Notes: generated by a model from the sequence alone, not told the origin. Shown: positions 48,638-59,016, counted from the stretch's first letter. The stretch is DNA of 64,000 nucleotides from Candidatus Daviesbacteria bacterium (GCA_016176335.1 JACOXI010000003.1:386477-450476), one strand, 5' to 3'. Program-made: numbers and translations.

Positions 48638-51600
48638 TGCATATTTTAAAAAAATTTGACACAAAAGTTATTTTCGTTCTTTTTTTCATTTCACTGTTTT
48701 TGGTTTTGATTTGGTTGCCGAACAATAAAATTATTGCCGGCGGAGATATAGGCATCCCAACTTATGCTCCTCAAAAACAACTTGAGGAGGTTACAAGTTC
48801 CTGGTGGGAATCTCACGCCACAGGAATCTCAAGCCCTGTAACTTATACCGCAGTACCCTTTTATTTAACCCTTTCGATACTGGAAAAACTGGGAATGGAT
48901 TCGGGCATGACTCAAAAAATAATCTTCTTTACCATTCTTTTTGGAAGTTCCTTAAGTATCTATTATTTGGGATTGAACTTTTCATTTAATAAATGGACGT
49001 CTCTTATTGCATGCTTGTTTTATATCTTTAATCTAACCTCCTTATCGGTTTGGCAAAGGGGAGTGCATAACGCCATGTTAATGCTTCTTTTGGTACCTCT
49101 TTCTCTTTTAATTTTGGTCTGGGGAATCAAAAATAAAAAATATGTTTCTATCTTAATAATAAATGTAGTTTCTTTTTTACTAGCCTATGTGTTTGGCGCA
49201 TTAGGTTTTCTGTTCTCTCTTTGGTTGCTCTGGACAGTTTACATAGCGGTAATATTGTTTGATTCTTGGAGTGATAAATTGGCAAGAAGATTTCTTTTAA
49301 CCTATTTTTTTCTATTGATAATTTCTTGGATTGGAAGTAATTTGTGGTGGATTACTAACCTTTTACAATCAAGCAATTATACCTTGGGTCAATTTACCCA
49401 AGGTGAACTAATGAGTAGAGGGTCGGATGTTTTAGCGGCTTTAAAGCCTTACCATGAGCCCTCAATTATATTACGGGGCTTAAGCAGATTTTATCTATAT
49501 GTTGTTCGTGACTGGGGGGAAATATATTCACACCCTCTTTTTATAATGCTTTCCTGGGTTCCCACACTGATAATCTTTTATACCGCCCTCATAAGAACCA
49601 ATTATAAGTTGACTCCTTGGAGATTTTTAATTGTATTGACTGTTTTAGTGCTGGCATTATCTAAAGGAGTGAACCCTCCTTTGGGAGAGTTAAACAGAAT
49701 TCCTTTTGATCTGTTTCAATTCCTTGCCCCGCTTCGAAACACATATGAGAAAGTGGGAATCCTTTTAACTATACCTTTCTCGTTGCTTTTTGCTTTAGGT
49801 ATTAATCAAATTATTTCAATCTTTAAAGCAAAAAAAATGGATTATCTACACTTACCACTACTAGTTGTAATCGTTATGTGTTTAATAGTTTTAGTCTGGC
49901 CGCTTTGGCTGGGTAAGTTATTTGTAAGCGAGGGAAGAAAGTATGCAGTTTCTATCCCGTCATATTATTCGCAGGCCAACAGTTGGATAAAAAGTAAAAT
50001 AGAAGCAGATGATACCAGAATTCTGCATCTTCCGTTATCTTGGGGTGAATCTATAGATTATAACTGGAATTATACAGGTGTCGAGCCAAGTCAATATTTT
50101 TTTAATGGATCATCCATCGGGTATCAAATCGGTGTACCTCCCGTCGACTCAAGAATAAGAGATATTCTACTGCTTATACATAAACAAGATACACTAAATA
50201 TTCAAAAAGCGCTTGTGTCATTAAATATTGGCTGGGTTGTTGTCCACAATGAAACATTGTTCAGAGACAGAATCTTAGAAAATCCAGAAAGAATTGATGC
50301 TTGGCTTGCCACCAAGCCACCATTTATAGAATACAAAACAGATTTTGGACCGCTTTCAATATGGAGGGTTAAAGATGAATATCGAGCAAGACATTTTTAT
50401 TCATCAGGTAAGTTAGTTCGTAGAGGTATACCCAATCCAACTTCTTCTTTAAATGTCTGGAATGAGATAAATAATTTAAATGATAGCTTCCTGACTGAAA
50501 TTCAAAAGGAACAAAGTTTGGATAAATTTATCTTTAAAAATACAATTATCCCGACAAGTAAAATAAAATATTCACCTTTAGGGTTGATAGATAAAGAAAC
50601 AGCGATAAATGATATCGCAAAAGTTGGTTTCCTGCCTGATTCACCCCTTTTTGTACTAACCCTGTTTAAGGAAAGTTTATTTTCCTTCTTAAATCAAAAC
50701 GATCGGGTCATAAACTGTTTTGATTTAAGCGGGAAGAGACTGAAAGAAGTTGTACTTTTAAAAAGAGGTCGGAGGTTGGAAGAAGCAGATAAAGCAATAA
50801 AAAGATATGAAAATCAGTTTAAAGAATGTATTAGTGTGGGGAAAGATACATTGAGCATTTATTTAAATACCCCCCAGGCGAGAGATTTAATTCTTAGTCA
50901 GCTAATCAGACAAAAAAACATTTTGGAAAATGAGTTTGACGAACAAAGCTTAAAGGAGGCTGTAAATCAAGTTAAAGATATTTTGAATGAATATCTTGCT
51001 AAGTTAGGCTTGGCACCAAAATATAATCCTGTCAAACAGAATTTAGGTAAGCAATTGATTGTTTTTGATTACCTTATTAACAAAAAAGGGGATTATTCAG
51101 TAGAGCTTAAGGAAGTAGACGAACAACTAATCAAAAATCCACCCCAAATTATTCAGATTGATAATAAAGCAGTTGATTTTTCCGCTGCAGAGGTTGGTGT
51201 AAATATCATTAGGTATCCGCAAATTAGACTGGATGAGGGGTTTCATGAAATCCAGCTGGAAACAGGTGAGGAGAAAAATATCCTAACTGATCTTTATGAT
51301 AACAAAAAACTACATCCGGATCCAGGGTTTACTTATCAAAAAGATCCGGAAAGTGGGGAAGGTTACTTCCGGGGGGCTCCCTCCAACGCAATAGTCAGTT
51401 TAATATTTGATATTCCAAATGTAAGTATTGAGGATATATATGAGGTGAGTTTTGATATTTATCATGTAGGTGGCACAGCACCTATGTTTATTATGACTCA
51501 TGATACTGACCCGACCGATTCCCATGGGTTAATAAAGCCCGCAGTCAGCAGAAATATTGATTTTAGTACTTATCCATCAGGATGGAGAAATGTGAAATTA

Positions 51601-52101
51601 AGTTACACCCCGGTATTAAATGCTACCTCTGCCAGAATGATTTTTATGTTATCCCCGCAAACGGGATTAAATAATCCCACAGAAGTATTATTAAAAAACA
51701 TCAGCATTAGAAAAGTTTTTCCTTATCAGCTGGTATTGGAGGAGGATAATCCATCTGTAATGCCACTGGGTACTGCCGAAATAAAATCTGTAAAGCTAAA
51801 TCCTACGGAGTACGAGATTAATTTAACAAATCAAAAATTACCGTATATCTTGATTTTTTCAGAAACTTTTCACCCACTTTGGCAAATAACAGATTCTTCC
51901 GGTAATAAAATAGATTTGCCTCATTTTAGCATCAATGGATTTGCAAACGGTTGGTTTGTTGATAAAGAGCTTGCTGACAGAATTAAGGTAAAGTTTATGC
52001 TTCAGAATGCCCTGACACAAGGTATTATTATCGCTGTTATATTTTTTATCTTTTCGTCTATTTTTCTTATCTATTTGGATCAACGAGGAAAAATAAAATG
52101 A
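48634..52101 (+). CDS. Very large AftD/DUF3367-like GT-C with inserted helical and beta-sandwich domains
   Basis: 1155 aa. GGD.G.P, N.WWI, LRN.YEK, RIL.LP, internal FLPDSPLF segment, LIFSETFHP.W, INGFANGW. GGAGGT SD upstream. Confidence 0.7.
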   Translation: MMHILKKFDTKVIFVLFFISLFLVLIWLPNNKIIAGGDIGIPTYAPQKQLEEVTSSWWESHATGISSPVTYTAVPFYLTLSILEKLGMDSGMTQKIIFFTILFGSSLSIYYLGLNFSFNKWTSLIACLFYIFNLTSLSVWQRGVHNAMLMLLLVPLSLLILVWGIKNKKYVSILIINVVSFLLAYVFGALGFLFSLWLLWTVYIAVILFDSWSDKLARRFLLTYFFLLIISWIGSNLWWITNLLQSSNYTLGQFTQGELMSRGSDVLAALKPYHEPSIILRGLSRFYLYVVRDWGEIYSHPLFIMLSWVPTLIIFYTALIRTNYKLTPWRFLIVLTVLVLALSKGVNPPLGELNRIPFDLFQFLAPLRNTYEKVGILLTIPFSLLFALGINQIISIFKAKKMDYLHLPLLVVIVMCLIVLVWPLWLGKLFVSEGRKYAVSIPSYYSQANSWIKSKIEADDTRILHLPLSWGESIDYNWNYTGVEPSQYFFNGSSIGYQIGVPPVDSRIRDILLLIHKQDTLNIQKALVSLNIGWVVVHNETLFRDRILENPERIDAWLATKPPFIEYKTDFGPLSIWRVKDEYRARHFYSSGKLVRRGIPNPTSSLNVWNEINNLNDSFLTEIQKEQSLDKFIFKNTIIPTSKIKYSPLGLIDKETAINDIAKVGFLPDSPLFVLTLFKESLFSFLNQNDRVINCFDLSGKRLKEVVLLKRGRRLEEADKAIKRYENQFKECISVGKDTLSIYLNTPQARDLILSQLIRQKNILENEFDEQSLKEAVNQVKDILNEYLAKLGLAPKYNPVKQNLGKQLIVFDYLINKKGDYSVELKEVDEQLIKNPPQIIQIDNKAVDFSAAEVGVNIIRYPQIRLDEGFHEIQLETGEEKNILTDLYDNKKLHPDPGFTYQKDPESGEGYFRGAPSNAIVSLIFDIPNVSIEDIYEVSFDIYHVGGTAPMFIMTHDTDPTDSHGLIKPAVSRNIDFSTYPSGWRNVKLSYTPVLNATSARMIFMLSPQTGLNNPTEVLLKNISIRKVFPYQLVLEEDNPSVMPLGTAEIKSVKLNPTEYEINLTNQKLPYILIFSETFHPLWQITDSSGNKIDLPHFSINGFANGWFVDKELADRIKVKFMLQNALTQGIIIAVIFFIFSSIFLIYLDQRGKIK

Positions 52102-52406
52102 TTTTAATAGAATCGCTTGTAATTTTATTACCTATGATTGTCTTCTATATACTTGGTGCGCAAAATAAAAATCTGCACCCTGAATTTTTGATTAATTTTA
52201 TCTTCATAGTTTTATTTATTAGTTTGTTTATTTTTAGAAGCGGTAACATTCGTCATATGTATCTTGCCTTTGCACTACTCTTACTGGCAGTTTTTGCCAG
52301 TGTATTTGGACTGAATAATTTTCTCTATATTTCAAGCAGTTTGTCCTTAGGCTTATTAATACTTGGGATTATTAATATGTTGTTGTTTAAAAAAGAGGAG
52401 GCATGA
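52098..52406 (+). CDS. Small membrane protein (about 4 TM), function unknown
   Basis: 102 aa hydrophobic ORF coupled by ATGA overlaps on both sides. Confidence 0.7.
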   Translation: MILIESLVILLPMIVFYILGAQNKNLHPEFLINFIFIVLFISLFIFRSGNIRHMYLAFALLLLAVFASVFGLNNFLYISSSLSLGLLILGIINMLLFKKEEA

Positions 52407-54007
52407 GAAAAAATCTAGTTTCAGCAATTGTGGTAACAAGGAATAGAAAGCAAGATTTAATAAGATGTATAGGGTCTTTAAGTCATTCCGAATATAATCA
52501 ACTTGAAATGATTGTAGTTGATAACGCTTCCTTTGCCCCTGTTTCAACTTGGCTAAATAGGCAATACCCAAGAGTCAAAGTCATAACAAGCAATAAAAAT
52601 TTAGGGGCTGCCGGAGGGAGAAATTTAGGTTTTAAATTTGCAAAAGGGGAGACCTTTCTTTTTATGGATGATGATTCTTTAGCGGATAGAACAATGGTCG
52701 GTGAGCTTGCCAAAATACTCAAGGGTAGAAAAGATGTTGGAATTGTTCAGCCAAAAATTTACGACATGGAAAGAAAAAATGTGTTACAGGGAATCGGCTG
52801 TGACATTAATTTGCTCACAGGCAGAGTTTCTGCTGTAGGCATTAGAGAGAAAGATCTTGGACAATACGACAGGCTGATAGAAATTTCTGGAGTGGGCTGT
52901 ATTTGGATGGTCGAAAGAAAAGTAATTGAGAAAATTGGTGGATATGATGAAGACTACTTTATTCCATATGAGGATTTGGATTTTTCATTTAGAGCAAGAA
53001 TGGCTGGCTTTAAGATTTTATTTGTTCCTACTGCAAGAGCCTGGCATAAAGGAATAAAGTCAACGTTTATCAGTCCGCTTATTGATTATATTGGTATTAG
53101 AAATAAAGAAAGGGCATACAGAGTAAGTCGAAACAAGATAATTTTTATGAGAAAAAATGCACCTTTGTTAAATTTTCTAATTTTTATTTTTGTTATTAAT
53201 CCAATATATTTACTCGTTCATTCAATTTTAATTTCCTTAACCGGACGTTTTGACGTATTAGTAAAATACTGGTTGGGTTTTATATCGGGTATATGGTATG
53301 CAGTCAAATATGAAAATCTAATTCTTAAGCTTTACAATGATATAGATAAGCAACTAATAGGGTTCAAATATCATCTGATGGTTTGGACAGATCCTATCTG
53401 TTGGGTGATTGATAAATCCGCAAAGAACATTCTGGATGTTGGAAGCGGACTAGGTATACCGATGGAATTAATAAGAAGGAGAATGAAAGTTCAATATGCA
53501 GTTGGGATAGACAAATTTAGGCCGTATATAGATTATCTAAAAAGTAAGAAAGTACATGATAAGTATATTTTAGGAGATGTAAGAAAAATGAGATTTAGAG
53601 CAAAATCTTTTGATGTAGTTTTTGCATCAGATTTAATTGAACACTTGCCAAAAAAAGATTCATGGAAGTTGATAGAAAATATGGAGAGAATTGCTAAAAG
53701 ACAAGTAATTGTTACGACATCCTTAGGCTACTTTTTTCATCCGGCAGTTGATGGAAACCCACTTCAGTTACATAAATCGGGTTTTCACCCGCAGGAATTT
53801 GAAATAAAGGGATATAAGACTTTTAAGTACGGAAGAAAAGAAATACTCGGAACGAATGGATGGGTGCATACTATTAATTTCGATTCTTTAAAAAAGTTAT
53901 TATTTTTGGTTAATTCTTTATTTTTTCCACTTTTTATAATTTTTCCCAATTTCGGTAATTATTGCTTTATTGCTTACAAAAATACGGAAAATAATAAGTA
54001 TAATTAG
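52403..54007 (+). CDS. GT2 / SAM-methyltransferase fusion
   Basis: N-half: VVDNAS, NLG.AGGRN, MDDD, YED.D. C-half: ILDVGSG.G, SFDVV, LIEHL. Confidence 0.85.
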   Translation: MRKNLVSAIVVTRNRKQDLIRCIGSLSHSEYNQLEMIVVDNASFAPVSTWLNRQYPRVKVITSNKNLGAAGGRNLGFKFAKGETFLFMDDDSLADRTMVGELAKILKGRKDVGIVQPKIYDMERKNVLQGIGCDINLLTGRVSAVGIREKDLGQYDRLIEISGVGCIWMVERKVIEKIGGYDEDYFIPYEDLDFSFRARMAGFKILFVPTARAWHKGIKSTFISPLIDYIGIRNKERAYRVSRNKIIFMRKNAPLLNFLIFIFVINPIYLLVHSILISLTGRFDVLVKYWLGFISGIWYAVKYENLILKLYNDIDKQLIGFKYHLMVWTDPICWVIDKSAKNILDVGSGLGIPMELIRRRMKVQYAVGIDKFRPYIDYLKSKKVHDKYILGDVRKMRFRAKSFDVVFASDLIEHLPKKDSWKLIENMERIAKRQVIVTTSLGYFFHPAVDGNPLQLHKSGFHPQEFEIKGYKTFKYGRKEILGTNGWVHTINFDSLKKLLFLVNSLFFPLFIIFPNFGNYCFIAYKNTENNKYN

Positions 54008-54011
54008 ATTT

Positions 54012-55196
54012 ATGAAAAGGTTGGAAATATTTAAAATTTTTATAGTTTGGAGGGTGGTATTATTTGCAGTGTCAGCTTTGGCAATTCTTTTTATTACTGA
54101 TTTTGGAGTAAGGTTTCCTTATTATAATACGGTATTGGAGCCAACTGGACTACCTTCTTGGGTATGGGGCTTTGGAAATTTCGATGGGGTGCATTATTTA
54201 AGAATTGCTCAAGATAGTTACAGCGCGCAGTATTCGCAGGCTTTCTTTCCTTTGTACCCGTTACTCATAAGAATATTTACGGAAGCGAATATTCTTTTAC
54301 CCAAAGATCCCAATCTTGACACGCGAATTTATGTAGATCCAACCTTTTTCTATAGCGGATTGATACTTTCAAATCTAATTTTACTAATAGCTTTATATTT
54401 TTTTTACAAATTAGTTATCCTCGATTACAAAAAAGAGATTGGCCTAAAATCTATTATATTACTGCTTGCTTTTCCGACTGCTTTTTATTTCGGGTCGATA
54501 TATACCGAATCTTTGTTTTTGCTTCTTGTAGTTGGATTTTTCTATTTAATGAGAAAACAAAATTTTATTGCCGCAGGAGTATTGGCAGGATTAGCCTCCG
54601 CCACCAGAATTTTCGGACTTTTGCTTCTACCTGTGTTTCTTGCCGAACTATACTTAAAAATTAAGAATAAAGAGATATCGTTAAAAAGCGAACAATTTGT
54701 CAAAGCTCTGATTGGGATTTTACTTGCCCCTACGGGTATCCTGCTTTATATGCTTTATCTACGGTTTGAATTTGATAATCCCCTATATTTTTTAACTTCC
54801 CAGCCACTGTTTGGGGCAGAAAGGAGAAATGAAATTATTCTATTGCCGCAAGTTCTGTTCAGGTACATTAAGATTTTTTTAACTGTTTCCCCAATTTCAT
54901 TACCTTTTTTCAATGCTTTTTTAGAATTTTCTTTTACTCTGATAGCTTTAGGTCTATTGTTTGTTTCATTTAAGAAAATTAGATTCAGTTACTTTATATT
55001 CACTTTTGGTAGTTTGCTACTGCCAACACTTACAGGAACCCTCTCTTCGATGCCAAGGTATTCTTTAATGTCGTTTCTTATGCTCCCATTTTTAGTACGG
55101 TTTTCAGGAAGACATTTTAAATTAGTGGTGGTTTCGTTTATACTCTTACAAATGATCCTAGTTGGTCTTTTTACCAGAGGATATTGGGTGGCTTGA
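54012..55196 (+). CDS. PIG-V-like (GT76) GT-C mannosyltransferase family protein
   Basis: NFDGVHYL.IA...Y, AFFPLYP, FPT.F.F...YTESLF, TR..G, S.PRY, C-terminal YWVA. Confidence 0.82.
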   Translation: MKRLEIFKIFIVWRVVLFAVSALAILFITDFGVRFPYYNTVLEPTGLPSWVWGFGNFDGVHYLRIAQDSYSAQYSQAFFPLYPLLIRIFTEANILLPKDPNLDTRIYVDPTFFYSGLILSNLILLIALYFFYKLVILDYKKEIGLKSIILLLAFPTAFYFGSIYTESLFLLLVVGFFYLMRKQNFIAAGVLAGLASATRIFGLLLLPVFLAELYLKIKNKEISLKSEQFVKALIGILLAPTGILLYMLYLRFEFDNPLYFLTSQPLFGAERRNEIILLPQVLFRYIKIFLTVSPISLPFFNAFLEFSFTLIALGLLFVSFKKIRFSYFIFTFGSLLLPTLTGTLSSMPRYSLMSFLMLPFLVRFSGRHFKLVVVSFILLQMILVGLFTRGYWVA

Positions 55197-55198
55197 AA

Positions 55199-55858
55199 AT
55201 GAAAATATATTTAGTCATACCGGCATATAATGAAGCCAAAAGAATTGACAATTTGCTTGAAAGTCTTAAGGGGGTTAACCTTCCTGTCATTTTGGTTGAT
55301 GACGGATCTTTTGATAAAACTTTTCAGTTGGCAAAAAAATATCCGGTTACTGTTTTGCGGCACAAAGTAAATCTGGGAAAAGGTGCAGCGCTTAAAACCG
55401 GTTGCGAAGCGGCAATTCTGCTAGGTGCTAGTGCTGTAATTTTAATGGATTCTGATGGGCAGCATAAAGCTTCTGATTTGCCTAAGTTTGTTGGAAAAAT
55501 TAGCATGGAAACATATGATGTTGTTTTTGGTTCAAGGAATTTAAATATAGGAGTTCCTTTGGTGCGATATATTGGGAATAAAATAGAATCAGTATTAATC
55601 TCGTTATTATATGGAATCTATATTTCAGATCCGATATGTGGTTTCAGGGCAATGACTAAAAAAGCATACCAAAAAATGAAGTTGGAATCAGCGGGATATG
55701 ATATTGAAACAGAAATGGTGATTAAGACTAAACATTTTGGTTTCAAGTATTGTGAGGTGCCTGTGGAAACTGTATACTATGATAAGTTTAAAGGGGTGAC
55801 AATTTTGGATGCGTTGGGAATATTTACTAATATATTAAAATGGAAAATATTTAAATGA
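55199..55858 (+). CDS. GT2, DPM1/PpgS-like polyprenol-phosphate sugar synthase
   Basis: VIPAYNE, VDDGS.D, NLGKGAA..TG, DSDGQH, VFGSR, D..CGFRA. No TM segment. Confidence 0.85.
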   Translation: MKIYLVIPAYNEAKRIDNLLESLKGVNLPVILVDDGSFDKTFQLAKKYPVTVLRHKVNLGKGAALKTGCEAAILLGASAVILMDSDGQHKASDLPKFVGKISMETYDVVFGSRNLNIGVPLVRYIGNKIESVLISLLYGIYISDPICGFRAMTKKAYQKMKLESAGYDIETEMVIKTKHFGFKYCEVPVETVYYDKFKGVTILDALGIFTNILKWKIFK

Positions 55859-56211
55859 TCTTAGGACTACAAGTTATTGCTTTAGTATTTGCATTAGTAA
55901 TGATTTATTTTGCTTACCTTCATTATAGAAGGGGTGAAATCAACGGCTTGGAAATTTTATTTTGGCTTACTGCGTGGATGGGAGCAATATTTATAGCAAT
56001 ATTTCCTGAAGCTTTTCGTGCTTTCTCTGCAACAATTGCAGTTAATAGAGCCTTTGACCTTGCTATGATTGGAGCATTTATATTGGTTATTCCAACTGTT
56101 TATGTTTCATATATCAGAACAAAAAGAATAGAAAAGAAAATAGAAGATTTGGTAAGAAAGGAATCTTTAAAACCTTTGGATGAGCTACAGAAAAACAGAA
56201 AGTCTACCTAA
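55855..56211 (+). CDS. DUF2304-like small membrane protein
   Basis: 118 aa, 3 TM, W...W and P motifs, C-terminal KIEDLVR helix. Coupled to the DPM1-like GT2. Confidence 0.75.
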   Translation: MILGLQVIALVFALVMIYFAYLHYRRGEINGLEILFWLTAWMGAIFIAIFPEAFRAFSATIAVNRAFDLAMIGAFILVIPTVYVSYIRTKRIEKKIEDLVRKESLKPLDELQKNRKST

Positions 56212-56980
56212 GATTTCAATTGTGATCCCCTCCTATAATAAAGCCTCTTATATAGAGGCTACTTTGAGCTCGATAATAAATCAAGGGTACCCAAATCTGG
56301 AAGTTATTATTCAGGATGGCGGATCAAAAGATGGGACTGCAGAGATAATAAAACGATATGCGAAAAAGTATCCAGAAATTTTTCGATGGTCTTCAAAAAA
56401 GGATAAGGGCCAATTGGATGCAATAAATAAAGGGCTTGAAAAATCAAGCGGTGAAATATTGACATACATTAATGCCGATGATGTTTATAAAGATGGCTCG
56501 TTGTTAGAAATAGGCAGATATTTCCAGAAGAATACAAGTACTCTTTGGGTGACAGGCTATGGAGATATTATAGACAAAGATGGGAAAATTATTTCTCGAT
56601 TTGTGACCAGTTATAAAAATACCCTTCTTGATATTAATAAATTCTTTCTACTTATTATTGTTAATTTTATTACTCAACCTTCAACATTTCTAAGCAGAAA
56701 AGCATATCTGCAATTTGGACCTTTTACAGGTACAAGAAATTATGTAATGGAATATAATTTATGGCTGAAAATAGGAAAGTCTAAGATGCCTTATATAATC
56801 AAAAAAACTTTATCCAGTTTTAGGTTAACTGCTGACAATATTTCTTCTACCTCAGCAAAGGAACTATTAAAAGTGGACAATAAAATTACAAAAAAATATA
56901 CCAACAACGGTTTACTTTTTGCTTTACATAAGCTTCATAATCTTGGTAGAATTTTCATGTTAAAATTTTTAAAAAAATGA
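56180..56980 (+). CDS. GT2 glycosyltransferase (WfgS/WcaE-like)
   Basis: ISIVIPSYN, QDGGS.DGT, D.GQ..AINKG, NADD, QPS.F. Confidence 0.88.
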   Translation: MSYRKTESLPKISIVIPSYNKASYIEATLSSIINQGYPNLEVIIQDGGSKDGTAEIIKRYAKKYPEIFRWSSKKDKGQLDAINKGLEKSSGEILTYINADDVYKDGSLLEIGRYFQKNTSTLWVTGYGDIIDKDGKIISRFVTSYKNTLLDINKFFLLIIVNFITQPSTFLSRKAYLQFGPFTGTRNYVMEYNLWLKIGKSKMPYIIKKTLSSFRLTADNISSTSAKELLKVDNKITKKYTNNGLLFALHKLHNLGRIFMLKFLKK

Positions 56981-57840
56981 GAAGTAAACAAAATCGGGAG
57001 GTTTTGCAGTTAGAATTAAAAGCCACAGAACTGCGCAAGCAAATTTTAGAGATGATTGTTACAGCTCGTGGAACACATATTGCCAGTGCATTTTCAATAG
57101 TTGAGTTAGTACTGTATCTTTACAAGAACGTTTTACGTATTGACCCAAAAAATCCAAATGAAGAAAAAAGAGATAAATTTGTCCTAAGCAAAGGACATGG
57201 TTGTGCCGCACTGTACGTTGTTTTAGCTGACCTTGGTTTTTTCCCAAAAAAACTCCTCAATACATTTACTTCTTTTGGTAGTATCTTGGGAGGACATCCA
57301 GATAGATCAAAAATACCAGGAGTTGAAGTTTCAACCGGGTCCTTGGGTCATGGGTTTTCTGTAGCGGTCGGATTTGCCCTGGCAAATAAAATGAATCACT
57401 CTAAATATCGGGTTTACTGTCTTGTTGGCGATGAAGAATTAAATGAAGGAAGTAATTGGGAAGCAGCCCAGATAGCAGCACATCACAAATTGGATAATCT
57501 ATCGTTAATAATTGATGAAAACAAGCTTATGATAAGTGGCTTTATGAAGGATATTTTAGATTCCTTTTCACTTAAAGAAAAATTTCGTGCCTTCGGATGG
57601 AACACGATCGAAGTTAATGGGCATAATTTCTCTGATTTAAGCGAAAAATTCAAACTAGCGCCAATTAAAAATGGTAAGCCGATAGTCATGATCGCTGATA
57701 CTATAAAGGGGAAAGGGGTAAGTTTTATGGAAAATAAAAAAGAGTGGTATAGTGTTCTTCCAGACGAAGAACAAATGGATGTAGCAGTAGAAGAGTTAAA
57801 CAGCAATATTGAAAAGCTAAGAGAACAGCTGGAAATATAA
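56977..57840 (+). CDS. Transketolase, N-terminal (ThDP-binding) subunit
   Basis: H..SAFS.VE, RD.FVLSKGH, LGGHP, STGSLGHG, GDEE..EGS.WEA, T.KGKG.SFME. Confidence 0.92.
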   Translation: MRSKQNREVLQLELKATELRKQILEMIVTARGTHIASAFSIVELVLYLYKNVLRIDPKNPNEEKRDKFVLSKGHGCAALYVVLADLGFFPKKLLNTFTSFGSILGGHPDRSKIPGVEVSTGSLGHGFSVAVGFALANKMNHSKYRVYCLVGDEELNEGSNWEAAQIAAHHKLDNLSLIIDENKLMISGFMKDILDSFSLKEKFRAFGWNTIEVNGHNFSDLSEKFKLAPIKNGKPIVMIADTIKGKGVSFMENKKEWYSVLPDEEQMDVAVEELNSNIEKLREQLEI

Positions 57841-57870
57841 GCAAAGTTTGAATTTTAATGGATTAAAATT

Positions 57871-58794
57871 ATGAGAGATTCATATGTAAGTGCCATATAC
57901 AATGCAACTAAAATCAACAGTAATGTACTTTGTATTGTTGGTGATATCGGCTCTTTTCTGCTCCGACATTATATTGAAGACTTTCCTGCAAATTATCTTA
58001 ATCTAGGGGCGGCTGAAGCCAACATGGTAGGAGTAGCTGCTGGGCTTGCCATGTCTGGAAAAATTCCCTTTGTATATACAATAACTCCGTTTATTACAGC
58101 TAGATGTTATGAACAGATCAAGCTTGATGTTTGCCATAATAGGGCAAACGTAAAACTTGTTGGAGTTGGAAGTGGCGTTTCCTATGGAACAATGGGATCG
58201 ACCCATCATTCTCTCGAAGACATTGCAATTATGAGAGTTCTTCCAAACATGACAATTTTTTCTCCCTCGAATAAGCAGGAGGTTGAAGAGGCGGTATTTG
58301 CTGCCATGAAACTCAAAGATCCTGTGTACATAAGGTTAACGTTGACTGCGAATTCGACTGATAAATATAGAGGTAAGTTTGAAATTGGAAAGGCTCGCAT
58401 TGTTCGAAAAGGACAAAATGCTGCAATTATGGCCACCGGCGATATGGTAAGCATTGCAATTAATGCGGCGAAAGCTCTAGAAAAAAATAATATTAATTGT
58501 TTTGTAATTGACTTTCCTACTTTAAAGCCGATCGATGAGTCTTTAATAAAGAAGTTATCTGAAAAGTGCAAGGCAATTATTTCTATAGAAGAGCACAGTG
58601 TAGTTGGGGGATTAGGCAGTACCATTGGTTCTGTACTATCGCAGTATCCAAATAACAAGACTTGCTTCAAAATACTTGGATTTAATGATGTTTTCTGTGG
58701 CGAATACTCCAGCGATAAATTAAAGTTATTTGAAGAATATGGTCTTTCAACAAGAAACCTCGTAAAAACAATGCTTGACCTTTTCAATTCATGA
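57871..58794 (+). CDS. Transketolase, C-terminal subunit
   Basis: N.G.AEANM.G.AAGLA..G, R.YEQI, G.THH..ED, P.Y.RL, EEH...GGLG. Confidence 0.92.
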   Translation: MRDSYVSAIYNATKINSNVLCIVGDIGSFLLRHYIEDFPANYLNLGAAEANMVGVAAGLAMSGKIPFVYTITPFITARCYEQIKLDVCHNRANVKLVGVGSGVSYGTMGSTHHSLEDIAIMRVLPNMTIFSPSNKQEVEEAVFAAMKLKDPVYIRLTLTANSTDKYRGKFEIGKARIVRKGQNAAIMATGDMVSIAINAAKALEKNNINCFVIDFPTLKPIDESLIKKLSEKCKAIISIEEHSVVGGLGSTIGSVLSQYPNNKTCFKILGFNDVFCGEYSSDKLKLFEEYGLSTRNLVKTMLDLFNS

Positions 58795-59016
58795 AGCAAT
58801 TAATAAATCCAATTTCAAAAATTATTATCAAAGACTCGAAAAAGGTTTTAAATAGATCTGACTTCTCAACCTTTAAAAATAAGTCAATTTTTGAGTACCA
58901 GTGATGTATACTTGGATTTGACAAAGATTAGAAAGGAATTCAATAAACGTCATTTTGTTCCGTTAGAGGAAGGATTAAGAACTACGATTACTTGGCAAAA
59001 AAAATTATATGTCTAA
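58791..59016 (+). pseudogene. Internally deleted relic of an SDR nucleotide-sugar epimerase/decarboxylase
   Basis: ATG 58791 gives MKQLINPISKIIIKDSKKVLNRSDFSTFKNKSIF. A shifted frame then gives FLSTSDVY-LDLTKIRKEFNKRHFVPLEEGLRTTITWQKKLYV*. These pieces resemble the N-terminus, middle and C-terminus of the SDR at 61147..62163. Confidence 0.78.
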
